Notes: a model not told the origin generated them from the sequence alone. A stretch of 64,000 bases of DNA from Prasinococcaceae sp. CCMP 1430 (GCA_013416795.1 RQSC01000005.1:326733-390732), one strand, 5' to 3'; numbered from the stretch's first letter, positions 31,211 to 42,810 are shown. Numbers and translations: made by a program.

Positions 31211-31624
31211 TCAGCTTTGAGAGTGCCCCAGGCTCAGCGCCAGCAGCACCAGCATGGCGGCGACGCAGGAGCGGATCGTCGGCACTTCCGCGCCGGTGAG
31301 CAGCGTATAGCCGGTCGCCGCCAGCGCGCCCGCCCCCGCCGCAACCAGGGGCAGCCGCCAACGCAGCGCCAGGGTCGGGCTCAGGGCGAGCAGCTTGAGC
31401 ACCAGCAGCATTGCCGCCGCGGTCACCGCGGTCACGTGCAGCCCACTCACCGAAAGCAGGTGCGCAAGCCCCGAGCGTTGCATTGCCTCGACATCGCCCT
31501 CCGCGATCGCCCCCTGGTCACCCGTGGCGAGCGCACTGGCGATACCGCCCGCGCTGCCCTCGACTCGCGACTGGATATGCGCCGAAAGCGACGCCCGCAG
31601 ATCGGCGCCCGCCGCCCGCGCCAT
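31211..31624 (-). other. comEC: Internal fragment of a bacterial ComEC/Rec2 competence gene, alphaproteobacterial-like
   Basis: GIASALATGDQGAI...AMQRSGLAHLLSVSGLHVT...YTLLTGAEVPTIRS is the ComEC Competence-domain signature; similarity spans about 31226-31615. Confidence 0.9.
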
Positions 31625-31921
31625 CGTCCGCCCCGCCCGCGCCCCTCCCCACTCCCTCTTCCCCTCCGCGCGCAGCGCCTACTCTCTCGCCCTCTCTCTC
31701 CTCCCCTCCCAGATCCCTTCCTTTCCCCCCAACCCCCCCACCCCACACCACCCCACACCACCCCGCGCTCGCGGCGCGCGGTGTGCCACCCCCGACACCC
31801 CACCCCACCCCACCCCACCCCGCACCCCCCACCCCCACCGCCCGCCGCGCCGCGCTGCGCCCCCGCACCGGGCCGACCTATTCCGCGCCCTCGCGCAAGC
31901 CGTAGCTTGCGCGCGCGCGCA

Positions 31922-31936
31922 TGCGTTTTGATGGCG
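31922..31936 (-). promoter_or_regulatory. CGCCATCAAAACGCA motif copy
   Basis: Same motif at 38081, 49502, 54106 and 54161. Confidence 0.55.
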
Positions 31937-32604
31937 GACTGGACGCTATGAGGGGGGCTGCTGCTGCTGCCCGCTCCGTTCGCTCCGCCCACCACCCCCG
32001 GCCTCGGAGAGGGAGGAGTGCGCGCGCGCGCGGGGGGGGGAGGGGGGTCGGGCGGCGGTGGTGGTCGGGGCACGAGAACCTTTGGCTCGCCCTTGCGCGC
32101 GCGCGCCGTCCTCCCCCCCTCCTCCCTCCCGCGCGCGCGCGCGCCGTTCGCCTGCCCCCACGGCGGTCGGGCGCGCGCCGGATTTCGGCGGGCGCCGGGG
32201 CGCTGGTGCGGCAACTGGCGCGCGCGCTGCGCGGGGGGAACGGGAGGTTGGCCTCGAAGCGCGCGCGAGCGTCGCATTTGCACGGCCACCGCGCGAGTGA
32301 AGGTCGCTGCCGTGCGCCAAGCCGCCGGCGTGCGCATTGCTGGCTCGAGACTGCGGGGCCGATTTCGCCGGCTGGGTGCTAGCTGCGTCCAGCACGTGCA
32401 CGTGCGCCGGAAGGAGAGATAGAAGAGGGGGAGAGGGAGGGAGGGAGGGAAGAGGGTGGTAACCGGGGCGAGGAGCGCAGACAGAGACCTGCAACGGCGC
32501 TCCTCCCGCCCTCACATGCGAGCGCAGCACTAACGGCTGCCAAACCCCTCGCCCCGGCGCGCGTGCTCTGTGGTCATCCACGCCCGCGCCGCCCGCCCGC
32601 AGCC

Positions 32605-35600
32605 ATGGCTCTCGGAGGCTTTCAGGCCAAGGTGGCACTCGAGGCCCACCTTCGACACCAAGAAGAGGACAATGAAGATAGGGAGGAGGAAGAGGAAGGC
32701 GTGATCGACATGCTGTCGGGAGCGAGCCCAGCGTCCGACTCGGACTCAAGGCAGCAGGCGCGCATCGACCGCGCGCTCAAGGCGTCGCACGACCGCGAGG
32801 AGGGTACTTCGGCGGCGATGCCGCCGGCCATCGAAGGCAAAGCAACCCTCCCGAAGGCCGTGCTTCGTGACATCCGGGCGCTGTACAAGAAACGCATCAA
32901 GCGCCGATCGCACTATTTGGACCTTTTCGCGTTCCTGCTGTACTCGTGCCTGTACTTGGCCATCCTCTTTTTGCAGCGCCAATCGTACTCCGCGTACGAG
33001 TTCAACTTCACCATGGTCAACTCTTTCGTGCCGCAAGATGACGGCCAGCCGGCGACGGCCATGGGCAGCACCGAGAGCATCTATCTGTGGCTGCAGGGAT
33101 TGCTCGAGGACACGTGGTCCGACCCTGTGTGCGGCGACGGCACGTGCGAGTTCCCGTACGAGTTCCCCTCGTACGGCCGCTTTGGCTGCCAAGCAGACTG
33201 CGGGCAGCTCGGCACCAACGAACCCGACGCCGCGCAATTACGCATCGAGATATACGCCGACTTCTCGCACTACTCGAGCTCGCTGTCTGCGACCGAGCTC
33301 ATGGTCAAGACGACGTGGAACCTGTGCCCCGTGCCCGGCACTGCTGCGCACGGCCTGGACTGTTGGTTCGACTCGGACCAGAAGTTTTCGTCCACCCTGG
33401 TCGATCGCACCGGCACGAATGCCTTCACGCTCAGCGATGTGGTGCCTGACGGCTTCGCGCGGGAAGAGGACGTGGTCGGCACTGGCTGGGAGCTGAGGGT
33501 CAAGGGGGACATCTTCCACAAGGTTCGCGGTCGCGTCTTGGACCAACGCCGCTACCTGCTCCGCGAGACCGTCCTGGCCAAGCGCGACGCGCGCGATGAA
33601 CAGGAGACAAGCTGGGACGAACAGCTTGCGTTCTTCGAAGACGCGCGCGAGTTCTTCCTTCAGGAGAATCTCACGGATGACACGCTGCACGACGGTGACT
33701 ACTTCTACGAGGCGCTCACCGAGCTCAAGCGCGCCGCGCCCATCGCCGTCAAGACCGCTGCTGTGCGCATCGAGAAGGAGGTCAAGAACGACAACACCAC
33801 CACGATCCCGTACATGCTTGAATTCGTCAACGCCCGCGCGATCGAGGCGGAAGAGCGGATCGCGTCCGAGCGCGTGTCGTCCAACGATGCGCGCCTGTGC
33901 GGCGTTGGCAAGGTCGTGTGCACCAATGCCTTCCTGGTCGACGTGCGCCAGCTGCAGGCCGGCCAGCTGCCGTCCGTGTCGGACTGTGACAGCACAGCTT
34001 TCGATTGTCAGGAGTGGAGCATTGAAAACCTCCCCGACGAGATCGTGTACGTAGACTCGATCCCATTCCCGGCGGACGACCTCGAGGACCTCAAGGCCTA
34101 CGCTCTTGCCACGGGCATGACCGAGTACGAAGTCATCAACCACCCCAACAACTGGCGCGGAGGCCGCGGTGAGTACCTTGAGTGCAGTATCTGCGACCGC
34201 ATCGACGGCGGCGAGAACGACGAGATCTGCCGCTGCCAGCGCGGCACGATGTCGCCATCGAACTTCTGCAACTGTACTCTGGACGTTGTCCAGCCCCACT
34301 GCCTTGAGTACATCGCCACACTTCCGGGCTACGGCGGCGACACCGAGCTTCGCCGTCGCCGCCTGTCGGGGACAATGCTTGGCTACGTGGCCGCGTACGA
34401 CGAGCTGTCGGCCTTCAGCGCTGAGGCGTCGCGCGTGCTGCGCAACTCGCCCGACGGTCCGCGCCGTGGCCTGCATGCTGCCGCGCTGTCCGCCCTGGAC
34501 GACACGCTCGCCGCCGTCACGCCTCTCGTCGCCGCCGAGGAGGGCAACTCGCGACGCCTACTCTCGCTCGACGACAGCGCCGAGAGCGCCGCTCGTGTCG
34601 CGAGCACGCACGGTCTGCACGAGGACCGCGCCGCCGTTATCGGCGAGGTGGTCACCGGCGTGCACGACGCGGTCATCGAAGACGCGATCGCGGCCCATGA
34701 CACCCTCGCCGCTACCCTGCGCCAGCTGAGCAGCGAGGCGGACGCCGACGCCCAGGGGGTCGGTGGCAGGCGTTCTCTTCTGGAGGAGAGCAACGTAGAC
34801 GACGTATTGTTCGCGCTGTCGGGCGTGAGCACTCAGACGGAGGTCCTGCGCCGCGAGCTCGACGGCCTGCAGGACGAGGTTGTCGCCGCGAGGACCGTGG
34901 CCGAAAATGCTGCGGCAGACGACACGCTGCTCAAAACGCTGAACTCTGGCTTCTCCGAGATCGCCTCGGGGCAGGACGTGTTGACGAATCTGCTCAACGA
35001 GGTGCTTGGCAAGCAGACGCAGGCCACCGCGGTCGCCGCCGCGGCTGCCGCCGCGCAGGCGGAGATCGCAGCGCTCTCCGGCGCGGCCGCATCGGCTGAA
35101 CTGAGCGTCGTCACGAAGTCCGAGGCACAGGCGCAGACATTCGCGGACGCGCTGGCCATCGACAGACTTACGCAGGAGCAGTACGACATCATCATCAAGG
35201 AGCTGAACGCGCGCAAGTGGCTCGAGCTGCGCAAGGTCCAGCTGGCGGCAAGGCCGTGCTCGACCACCACGCGCTCGTTCCAATTCCCGCTGAACAAGTA
35301 CACCTCGCAGCGCAACTACGACCGCACCGACCGCATGCGCAAGATCGGTAGCACCAATCGCGTGGTGGCAGGCCTGCTGCTGCACCTCACGCGCTACGAC
35401 GAGACCAAGTGCTCTTCGGACTCCTTCTCGAACATCGTGGACACCTGCCTGGGGGGCATCTCGCGCGAACCCTTTGGCACGGATCCCATGTTCAAGCGCG
35501 GCACCAACCTGTACAACATCGAGCTCGACAACGACGAGAGCAAAGCCATTTACTACAACTGTACCTTCCAGGCGGAGCTGGACGGCGTGCCGCCGACCAG

Positions 35601-37311
35601 CGAGTTCTACCCGCTATATGGCGCGAACATCTCGCGGGGTGGCGAGAGGTACCGCGAACCTTTCTGCCCCAAGCTGTTCAACACCAAGGAGGTGCCGTAC
35701 GCCTTCCACTACATGCCCATGGATGGCTTCGCTGACGGCTTTCCCGTCTTCTTCGACATTAACCTGAGTGAGGATGGCGCGATGAAGTACTTCACCTACG
35801 TGCTGGAGGGCCTCTACCTCGACGACCTGGCCCAGAAACTCACCGTCCAGCTGGTGACGTACAACGGCGAGCTCGAGTACTTTGCCAACGCGCGCGTCCA
35901 GTTCTCCTTCAAGGAGGGCGGCACCATCTCCGTCGCGTACAACGTGCAGACGGTGAAGGTCACACTGTATGAGGACCAAATCGACTGGGTGCGCTTCGGC
36001 CTCGAGGTAGCGCTCGCCCTTGGCGTGGTGATCGCCGCCTTTCAAGAGTCCAAGGAGGCCGTCACCACGTGGCGCGAGACCGGCTCGCTGATTAACCACT
36101 TCAAATCGGTGTGGAACTACATCGACGCGCTGTCCATCGGCCTGCAGATCGTCGCGCTGTTCATCTGGTGGGACTTCGTGCTCTCCAAGGCCAACACCTT
36201 CGAGTGCGACCTGCGCTACGACGTGTACAAGGACCTGAGCAGCCCCGCGCGGCTCCTGCAGTACAACTACACCAACCCCATCTACCTCGACTCGCCGGCG
36301 ACGGAGCTCGCGGGCACGTACGGCCTAGACCTCGAGCGCCTGGTCAGCATGTACGCCGCCATCAACGAGATGACGCAGATGCAGATCTTGTACATGACGC
36401 TCAACGGCGTGAACATCATGCTCACTCTGCTGCGCATCCTCAAGCTGATGGATTTCCAGCCGCGCATGGGCGTCGTCACCCGCTCGCTCGGCCTCGCGGC
36501 GTCCGACCTGGGCCATTTCTTCATCCTAGCCATCATCATCTTCATCGGCTACTCGATGATGGCGCACCTCATCTTCGGCTACTCCATCCAGAAGTTCTCC
36601 ACCCTCGGGCTGGCCATCAACACCTGCTTCGAGATCCTGCTGGGCGAAATCAGCGTCAACGAAGACCTCATGCGCCTTAACTCGCTCGAGAAGATCCCGG
36701 CGGTCATCTTCTTCTGGTCGTACGAGATCCTCGTGTTCATGATCTTGCTCAACTTCCTGCTCGCCATCATCGTCGACGCCTTCTCGGACGTGAAATCGCA
36801 GATCGAGGAGACGCAGGGCCTGCCCGGGGAGGTGGCGAGCTACGTAGGCGAGGGCTTCGCCGGTCTGATGCACGCTCTCAACCTCGGCTCCAAGGACTAC
36901 GTGGCGGACTCCACCATCGTCAAGCAGCTCGAGCAGTGGGGCGGCGAGGAGGACGAGGAGGACGAGGAGGAGGAGATCGAGCGCGTGCTTAACGTTGGCG
37001 AAGAGTCGCTCGAGCTGTACGAGCTGCAGCAGCTTCTCTCCACCGCTGCCGACAGTGTGAGTGAGGCCGAAGGCGCCGCGCTAGGCGCGCTGGACGCGAA
37101 CCAGCTGGAAAGCGTCGCGACGGCCATCATCGCGCGCTTCGGCGAGGAGGTTGACCACGAGGAGGCCGAGAGGCGGCGCAAGAAGGAACTCAAGCAGCGC
37201 TCGCGCGAGGCGCTCGTGGACAACCTCGCCGCCGTACTCGACGGCCAGGAGAAGATCCTCAAGAAGCTCGCCGAGGGGCAGCGCATCCACAAGGAGATGA
37301 ACCGCCGCTAG
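32605..37311 (+). CDS. PKD2: Polycystin-2-like TRPP cation channel with a very large extracellular loop (Chlamydomonas PKD2 type)
   Basis: First TM, Cys-rich PVCGDGTCEFPYEFPSYGRFGCQADCG, then FKSVWNYID, LRILKLMDFQPRMGVVTRSL, GYSMMAHLIFG, FMILLNFLLAIIVDAF; single exon; TGTAA at 37350. Confidence 0.9.
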   Translation: MALGGFQAKVALEAHLRHQEEDNEDREEEEEGVIDMLSGASPASDSDSRQQARIDRALKASHDREEGTSAAMPPAIEGKATLPKAVLRDIRALYKKRIKRRSHYLDLFAFLLYSCLYLAILFLQRQSYSAYEFNFTMVNSFVPQDDGQPATAMGSTESIYLWLQGLLEDTWSDPVCGDGTCEFPYEFPSYGRFGCQADCGQLGTNEPDAAQLRIEIYADFSHYSSSLSATELMVKTTWNLCPVPGTAAHGLDCWFDSDQKFSSTLVDRTGTNAFTLSDVVPDGFAREEDVVGTGWELRVKGDIFHKVRGRVLDQRRYLLRETVLAKRDARDEQETSWDEQLAFFEDAREFFLQENLTDDTLHDGDYFYEALTELKRAAPIAVKTAAVRIEKEVKNDNTTTIPYMLEFVNARAIEAEERIASERVSSNDARLCGVGKVVCTNAFLVDVRQLQAGQLPSVSDCDSTAFDCQEWSIENLPDEIVYVDSIPFPADDLEDLKAYALATGMTEYEVINHPNNWRGGRGEYLECSICDRIDGGENDEICRCQRGTMSPSNFCNCTLDVVQPHCLEYIATLPGYGGDTELRRRRLSGTMLGYVAAYDELSAFSAEASRVLRNSPDGPRRGLHAAALSALDDTLAAVTPLVAAEEGNSRRLLSLDDSAESAARVASTHGLHEDRAAVIGEVVTGVHDAVIEDAIAAHDTLAATLRQLSSEADADAQGVGGRRSLLEESNVDDVLFALSGVSTQTEVLRRELDGLQDEVVAARTVAENAAADDTLLKTLNSGFSEIASGQDVLTNLLNEVLGKQTQATAVAAAAAAAQAEIAALSGAAASAELSVVTKSEAQAQTFADALAIDRLTQEQYDIIIKELNARKWLELRKVQLAARPCSTTTRSFQFPLNKYTSQRNYDRTDRMRKIGSTNRVVAGLLLHLTRYDETKCSSDSFSNIVDTCLGGISREPFGTDPMFKRGTNLYNIELDNDESKAIYYNCTFQAELDGVPPTSEFYPLYGANISRGGERYREPFCPKLFNTKEVPYAFHYMPMDGFADGFPVFFDINLSEDGAMKYFTYVLEGLYLDDLAQKLTVQLVTYNGELEYFANARVQFSFKEGGTISVAYNVQTVKVTLYEDQIDWVRFGLEVALALGVVIAAFQESKEAVTTWRETGSLINHFKSVWNYIDALSIGLQIVALFIWWDFVLSKANTFECDLRYDVYKDLSSPARLLQYNYTNPIYLDSPATELAGTYGLDLERLVSMYAAINEMTQMQILYMTLNGVNIMLTLLRILKLMDFQPRMGVVTRSLGLAASDLGHFFILAIIIFIGYSMMAHLIFGYSIQKFSTLGLAINTCFEILLGEISVNEDLMRLNSLEKIPAVIFFWSYEILVFMILLNFLLAIIVDAFSDVKSQIEETQGLPGEVASYVGEGFAGLMHALNLGSKDYVADSTIVKQLEQWGGEEDEEDEEEEIERVLNVGEESLELYELQQLLSTAADSVSEAEGAALGALDANQLESVATAIIARFGEEVDHEEAERRRKKELKQRSREALVDNLAAVLDGQEKILKKLAEGQRIHKEMNRR

Positions 37312-37794
37312 GCACCTCCCCCCCGCCCGAGATGATGTATGATCGCCACTGTAATTTAAGACAATCCGTCACACAGACGACGACCGAGACCACGTCGCAG
37401 CTTCGGCACCCCTGCTGGCTCTGGCCCTTGATGCACCTACGGAAAGCACGAACTCCAGATATTTTCGCGGGTGCTGGGCGCCGGCCGGCTGCGCACCCGG
37501 CGGCTCAGTGAGTGCGCGCTCAGTGGGCAGGCTCCCCCGCCGCTCCGCGCCCGCCCCCGCCGCCCGTCACCCGCTCCGCTGGTGGCCACGGCGCGCGCGC
37601 GCGCAGCGGCGGTTGGTCGGGCGGCGCGCGCGCGCGCGTTTGTGTTCATCAACCCAATACGTATTATTGTACGGATTAAGAGGGTTCACATGCACCTTTC
37701 CTCGATCCTCGGCGGCGCGGCGGGTGCGTCCTGATGGCCCGCGGCGCGCGCGCGTTGAGGTTCAGAGCATCTTCATGAAAATACCAAACAATCC

Positions 37795-37992
37795 ACCAAT
37801 CATGATTGGTACCTACTGTAGGTATCACCATGAAAATGACTGAAACGCCACGATGGCACGAATAAGGGTAACAAAAATCAGGGTTCGAATGAATTTCCCG
37901 TGGATCGAGGTGCGGGCGCGGGGCGGGCGCGCGGCGCGGCGCGGCGTCCGCGCGTTTAGGTTGACGGTGCGGTGGACAGTACCAATTGGTAC
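37795..37992. repeat. Cluster of perfect palindromes in an AT-rich island
   Basis: ACCAATCATGATTGGT (37795-37810), TACCTAC-T-GTAGGTA (37810-37824), GTACCAATTGGTAC (37979-37992). Confidence 0.8.
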
Positions 37993-38141
37993 AGCACATC
38001 TCCTTTGCATGGATGGCTTCGATTGAAGGGGAATTAGGGTAATCGCGGTGATGAAGGGTTTGAAAGTCGTCGTGTGCGGGTGCGTTTTGATGGCTCGCCC
38101 CGCGCGCGCGCGCGCGCGCGCGCCGGGCGCGCGCGGGCCAC

Positions 38142-38553
38142 NNNNNNNNNNNNNNNNNNNNNNNNNNNNNNNNNNNNNNNNNNNNNNNNNNNNNNNNNNN
38201 NNNNNNNNNNNNNNNNNNNNNNNNNNNNNNNNNNNNNNNNNNNNNNNNNNNNNNNNNNNNNNNNNNNNNNNNNNNNNNNNNNNNNNNNNNNNNNNNNNNN
38301 NNNNNNNNNNNNNNNNNNNNNNNNNNNNNNNNNNNNNNNNNNNNNNNNNNNNNNNNNNNNNNNNNNNNNNNNNNNNNNNNNNNNNNNNNNNNNNNNNNNN
38401 NNNNNNNNNNNNNNNNNNNNNNNNNNNNNNNNNNNNNNNNNNNNNNNNNNNNNNNNNNNNNNNNNNNNNNNNNNNNNNNNNNNNNNNNNNNNNNNNNNNN
38501 NNNNNNNNNNNNNNNNNNNNNNNNNNNNNNNNNNNNNNNNNNNNNNNNNNNNN
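38142..38553. other. Assembly gap (N run)
   Basis: N run upstream of PGK. Confidence 1.
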
Positions 38554-38629
38554 TACGCTGACACGGGCCGCCCGCGCGACTCCGCACGCATCGCATCGCC
38601 GCTTCTCCGCACGCATCCAACGTGCGCAG

Positions 38630-39169
38630 ATGGCCGCCACCACCATGTCCGCCGTGAACATGCGCGCGTCCGTGCGCTCGGCGCGCGTGGCGCGCGCCGC
38701 GCGCTCGGCGCCGCGCACCGTGCGCGCCGTCGCGGCCATGGCCAAGAAGTCCGTGGGCGACCTCACCAAGGAGGACCTCGAGGGCAAGAAGGTCTTCGTG
38801 CGCGCCGACCTCAACGTGCCGCTCGACGCCGACCTCAACATCAGCGACGACACGCGCGTGCGCGCCGCCATCCCCACCCTCAAGTACCTCGTGGACAACG
38901 GCGCCAAGGTGCTCCTCACGTCGCACCTGGGCCGCCCCAAGTCGGGCCCGGAGGACAAGTTCCGCCTCAACCCGGTGGTGCCGCGCCTCTCGGAGCTGCT
39001 CGGCATCGAGGTGAAGAAGGTCGACGACTGCATCGGCGAGGAGGTCGAGGCCGCCGCCAGCAAGCTCGAGAACGGTGAGGTGCTCGTGCTCGACAACGTG
39101 CGCTTCTACTCGGAGGAGACGGCCAACGACGCCGACTTCGCCGAGAAGCTCGCGGCCAACGCCGACCTG

Positions 39170-39204
<35 letters not shown>

Positions 39205-39943
39205 GCACGCGTCCACCGAGGGCGTCACCAAGTTCCTGTCGCCCGCGGTGGCCGGCTTCTGCATGCAGAAGGAGCTCGACTACCTCGACGGCGCCGTGGC
39301 GGAGCCCACCCGCCCCTTCGCGGCCATCGTCGGCGGCTCCAAGGTGTCTTCCAAGATTGGCGTCATCGAGTCGCTCCTCAACAAGTGCGACAAGCTCTTC
39401 CTGGGCGGCGGCATGATCTTCACCTTCTACAAGGCGAAGGGCCTCGACACCGGCTCGTCGCTCGTTGAGGACGACAAGATCGACCTCGCCAAGGAGCTCA
39501 TGGCCAAGGCCGAGGAGAAGGGCGTTGAGATCGTGCTGCCCACCGACGTCGTCGTCGCCGACGCCTTCGACGCCGAGGCCAACACGCAGGTCGTGTCCGC
39601 GGAGGAGATCCCCGAGGGCTGGATGGGCCTGGACATCGGTCCGGACTCGCTCAAGACCTTCCAGGGCAAGCTCGAGGAGTGCAAGAGCGTCATCTGGAAC
39701 GGCCCCATGGGCGTGTTCGAGATGGACGCCTTCGCCAAGGGCACCTTCGGTGTGGCCGACACCCTCGCCAAGATGGGCGAGAACGGCGCGATCACCATCA
39801 TCGGTGGCGGCGACTCGGTGGCGGCGGTGGAGAAGGCCGGCCTCGCCGAGAAGATGTCGCACATCTCGACCGGCGGCGGCGCGAGCCTTGAGCTGCTTGA
39901 GGGCAAGACGCTCCCGGGCGTCGCGGCCCTCAACGAGGCGTAA
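38630..39943 (+). CDS. PGK: Chloroplast phosphoglycerate kinase
   Basis: Ala/Arg/Ser-rich transit peptide, [53 protein letters not shown]; TGTAA at 39999. Confidence 0.97.
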
Positions 39944-40223
39944 GTCCTTTCGGGCAGCTAGCAGCCGAGGCGACGCTTTTTTAACAACACACCTTCCCTG
40001 TAAACTGACGGACCACGGTGTCTCGCGCTCGGTGGCCCTCGCGCCCGTGGCGGCACGACGGCGCCCGACCATCCCGCAAGCACGCCCGCACGCTCGCGCA
40101 CGAGCCAGCCATAGAGGGTCCGTGTGCGGCTCTCGTCTGAAGGGGGGAAAAAATTGTTATATTTTGCATGGCAGAGCACCGCGGCCAACAAAGAGCGAGA
40201 TGAGAGCAGCCTCGGGTTGTTGC

Positions 40224-40944
40224 CTAGTCCTTTTTCTCCTCCTCCTTCTTGTCCTTGTCGGCGTCCTCAAACTCGGCGTCCTGGGCGGCCTCGCCACCCG
40301 CGGCGCCGCCGGCACCCGCGTTGAGCGCCTCGCCGATCTTGGTGAGCGCCTTGCGCAGCGCGGCGACCGACTCCATGATCTTTTCGGCGTCGTCGCCGCC
40401 CATCACCTCGCGCGTGTCGGCGATCGCCTTCTCGATGTCGGAGACCACATCGGCGGGGAGCTTGTCCTTGTGCTCCGAGAGGTTGCTCTCCGCCGAGTAG
40501 ATGGACGTGTCGGCCTCGTTCTTGGCCTCAATGACGGCCTTGCGCTCCTTGTCCTTGGTCGCGTGCTCCTCGGCGTCCTTCACCATCTGCTGGATCTGCT
40601 CCTCGCTCATGCCGCCGCTCGACTGGATGACAATCGAGTGCTCCTTGCCGGTCGCGCGGTCGCGCGCGTGCACATTGACGATGCCGTTGGCGTCGATGTC
40701 AAAGGTCACCTCGATCTGCGGCACGCCGCGGGGGGCGGGCGGGATGCCCACGAGGTCAAACTCGCCCAGCAGCTTGTTGTCGGCGGCCATCTCGCGCTCG
40801 CCCTGGAGCACCTTGATGCCCACCTGCGACTGGTTGTCCGCCGCGGTGGAAAACACCTGCGACTTCTTGGTGGGGATGGTGGTGTTGCGGTCGATCAGGC
40901 GCGAGAAGACGCCGCCCAGCGTCTCGATGCCCAGCGAAAGCGGC

Positions 40945-40980
<36 letters not shown>

Positions 40981-41307
40981 CGCAGCACGCCGCCCTGGAT
41001 GGCCGCGCCCATGGCAACCACCTCGTCCGGGTTGACGCCCTTGGACGGCTCGCGGCCGAAGGCGTCCTTGACGATCTCCGTCACCTTGGGCATGCGCGAC
41101 ATGCCGCCCACGAGCAGCACCTCCGAGATCTCCGAGGTGCTCAGCCCCGAGTCCTTCAGGCACTTGCGGCAGGGCTCCTTGGTGCGCTCGAGCAGCGGGC
41201 CCACCAGGCTCTCCAGCTTGGCGCGCGAGATGGTCGAGTTGACGTGCTTGGGGCCCGTCTGGTCCGCCGTGATGAAGGGCAGGTTGATGTCGGTGGTGGT
41301 GGCCGAC

Positions 41308-41339
<32 letters not shown>

Positions 41340-41424
41340 GCGGATGCGCTGCAGCGCCAGCTTGTCCTCGCGCAGATCGATGCCCTGCTCCTTCTTGAAC
41401 TCGTCGATGAGCGCGTCGGTGATC

Positions 41425-41462
<38 letters not shown>

Positions 41463-41619
41463 GTTGGTGGCCTTGACCTCGAACACGCCGCCCGAGATCT
41501 CGAGGATCGACACGTCGAAGGTGCCGCCACCCAGGTCGTACACCGCCACCACGCCCTCCTTCTTGTCCACGCCGTACGCCAGCGCCGCGGCGGTCGGCTC
41601 GTTGATGATGCGCAGCACG

Positions 41620-41651
<32 letters not shown>

Positions 41652-42203
41652 CGCCTGGCGCTGCGAGTCGTTGAAGTAAGCAGGCACCGTCACGACCGCC
41701 TGCTGCACCTTGCTACCCAGGTTGGCCTCGGCGGTCTCGCGCATCTTGTTGAGGACGAACGCTCCGATCTGCGACGGGGAGTACTTCTCCCCCTGCGCCT
41801 CGACCCACGCGTCGCCGTTGTCGGCCTTGACGACCTTGTACGGCACCGTGCCCATCTCCTTCTGCGTCTGCGGGTCATCGAAGCTGCGGCCGATCAGGCG
41901 CTTGGTGGCGAACAGCGTGTTCTTGGGGTTGGTGACCGCCTGGCGCTTGGCGGGAATGCCCACCAGGCGCTCTCCCTTGTCGGTGAAGGCGACCACCGAA
42001 GGGGTGGTGCGCGCGCCCTCCTGGTTCTCGATCACCTTGGCGTTCTGACCGTCCATGACGGCGACGCACGAGTTTGTCGTGCCAAGGTCGATGCCAATGA
42101 CCTCGCCGCCCGCGGCCGCCGCAAAGCCGCGGTGCGGCAGCGACGCCTGTACGCGGCGCGGAGCAGCGCGCAGCGCGTCGGCGCGAAGCGGCGTCGCGCA
42201 GAG
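40224..42203 (-). CDS. mtHSP70: Mitochondrial Hsp70 (start lies in the N gap)
   Basis: [60 protein letters not shown]; no EEVD tail; presequence-like stretch upstream. Confidence 0.95.
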
Positions 42204-42810
42204 NNNNNNNNNNNNNNNNNNNNNNNNNNNNNNNNNNNNNNNNNNNNNNNNNNNNNNNNNNNNNNNNNNNNNNNNNNNNNNNNNNNNNNNNNNNNNNNNN
42301 NNNNNNNNNNNNNNNNNNNNNNNNNNNNNNNNNNNNNNNNNNNNNNNNNNNNNNNNNNNNNNNNNNNNNNNNNNNNNNNNNNNNNNNNNNNNNNNNNNNN
42401 NNNNNNNNNNNNNNNNNNNNNNNNNNNNNNNNNNNNNNNNNNNNNNNNNNNNNNNNNNNNNNNNNNNNNNNNNNNNNNNNNNNNNNNNNNNNNNNNNNNN
42501 NNNNNNNNNNNNNNNNNNNNNNNNNNNNNNNNNNNNNNNNNNNNNNNNNNNNNNNNNNNNNNNNNNNNNNNNNNNNNNNNNNNNNNNNNNNNNNNNNNNN
42601 NNNNNNNNNNNNNNNNNNNNNNNNNNNNNNNNNNNNNNNNNNNNNNNNNNNNNNNNNNNNNNNNNNNNNNNNNNNNNNNNNNNNNNNNNNNNNNNNNNNN
42701 NNNNNNNNNNNNNNNNNNNNNNNNNNNNNNNNNNNNNNNNNNNNNNNNNNNNNNNNNNNNNNNNNNNNNNNNNNNNNNNNNNNNNNNNNNNNNNNNNNNN
42801 NNNNNNNNNC
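42204..42810. other. Assembly gap (N run)
   Basis: N run covering the Hsp70 5' end. Confidence 1.

Noticed and set aside
31640-31860. (CCCCA)n/polypyrimidine tract as a telomere or G-quadruplex system
   Set aside because: Similar G-rich leaders precede other genes here (57480-57560, 21830-21860); ordinary low-complexity 5' sequence.
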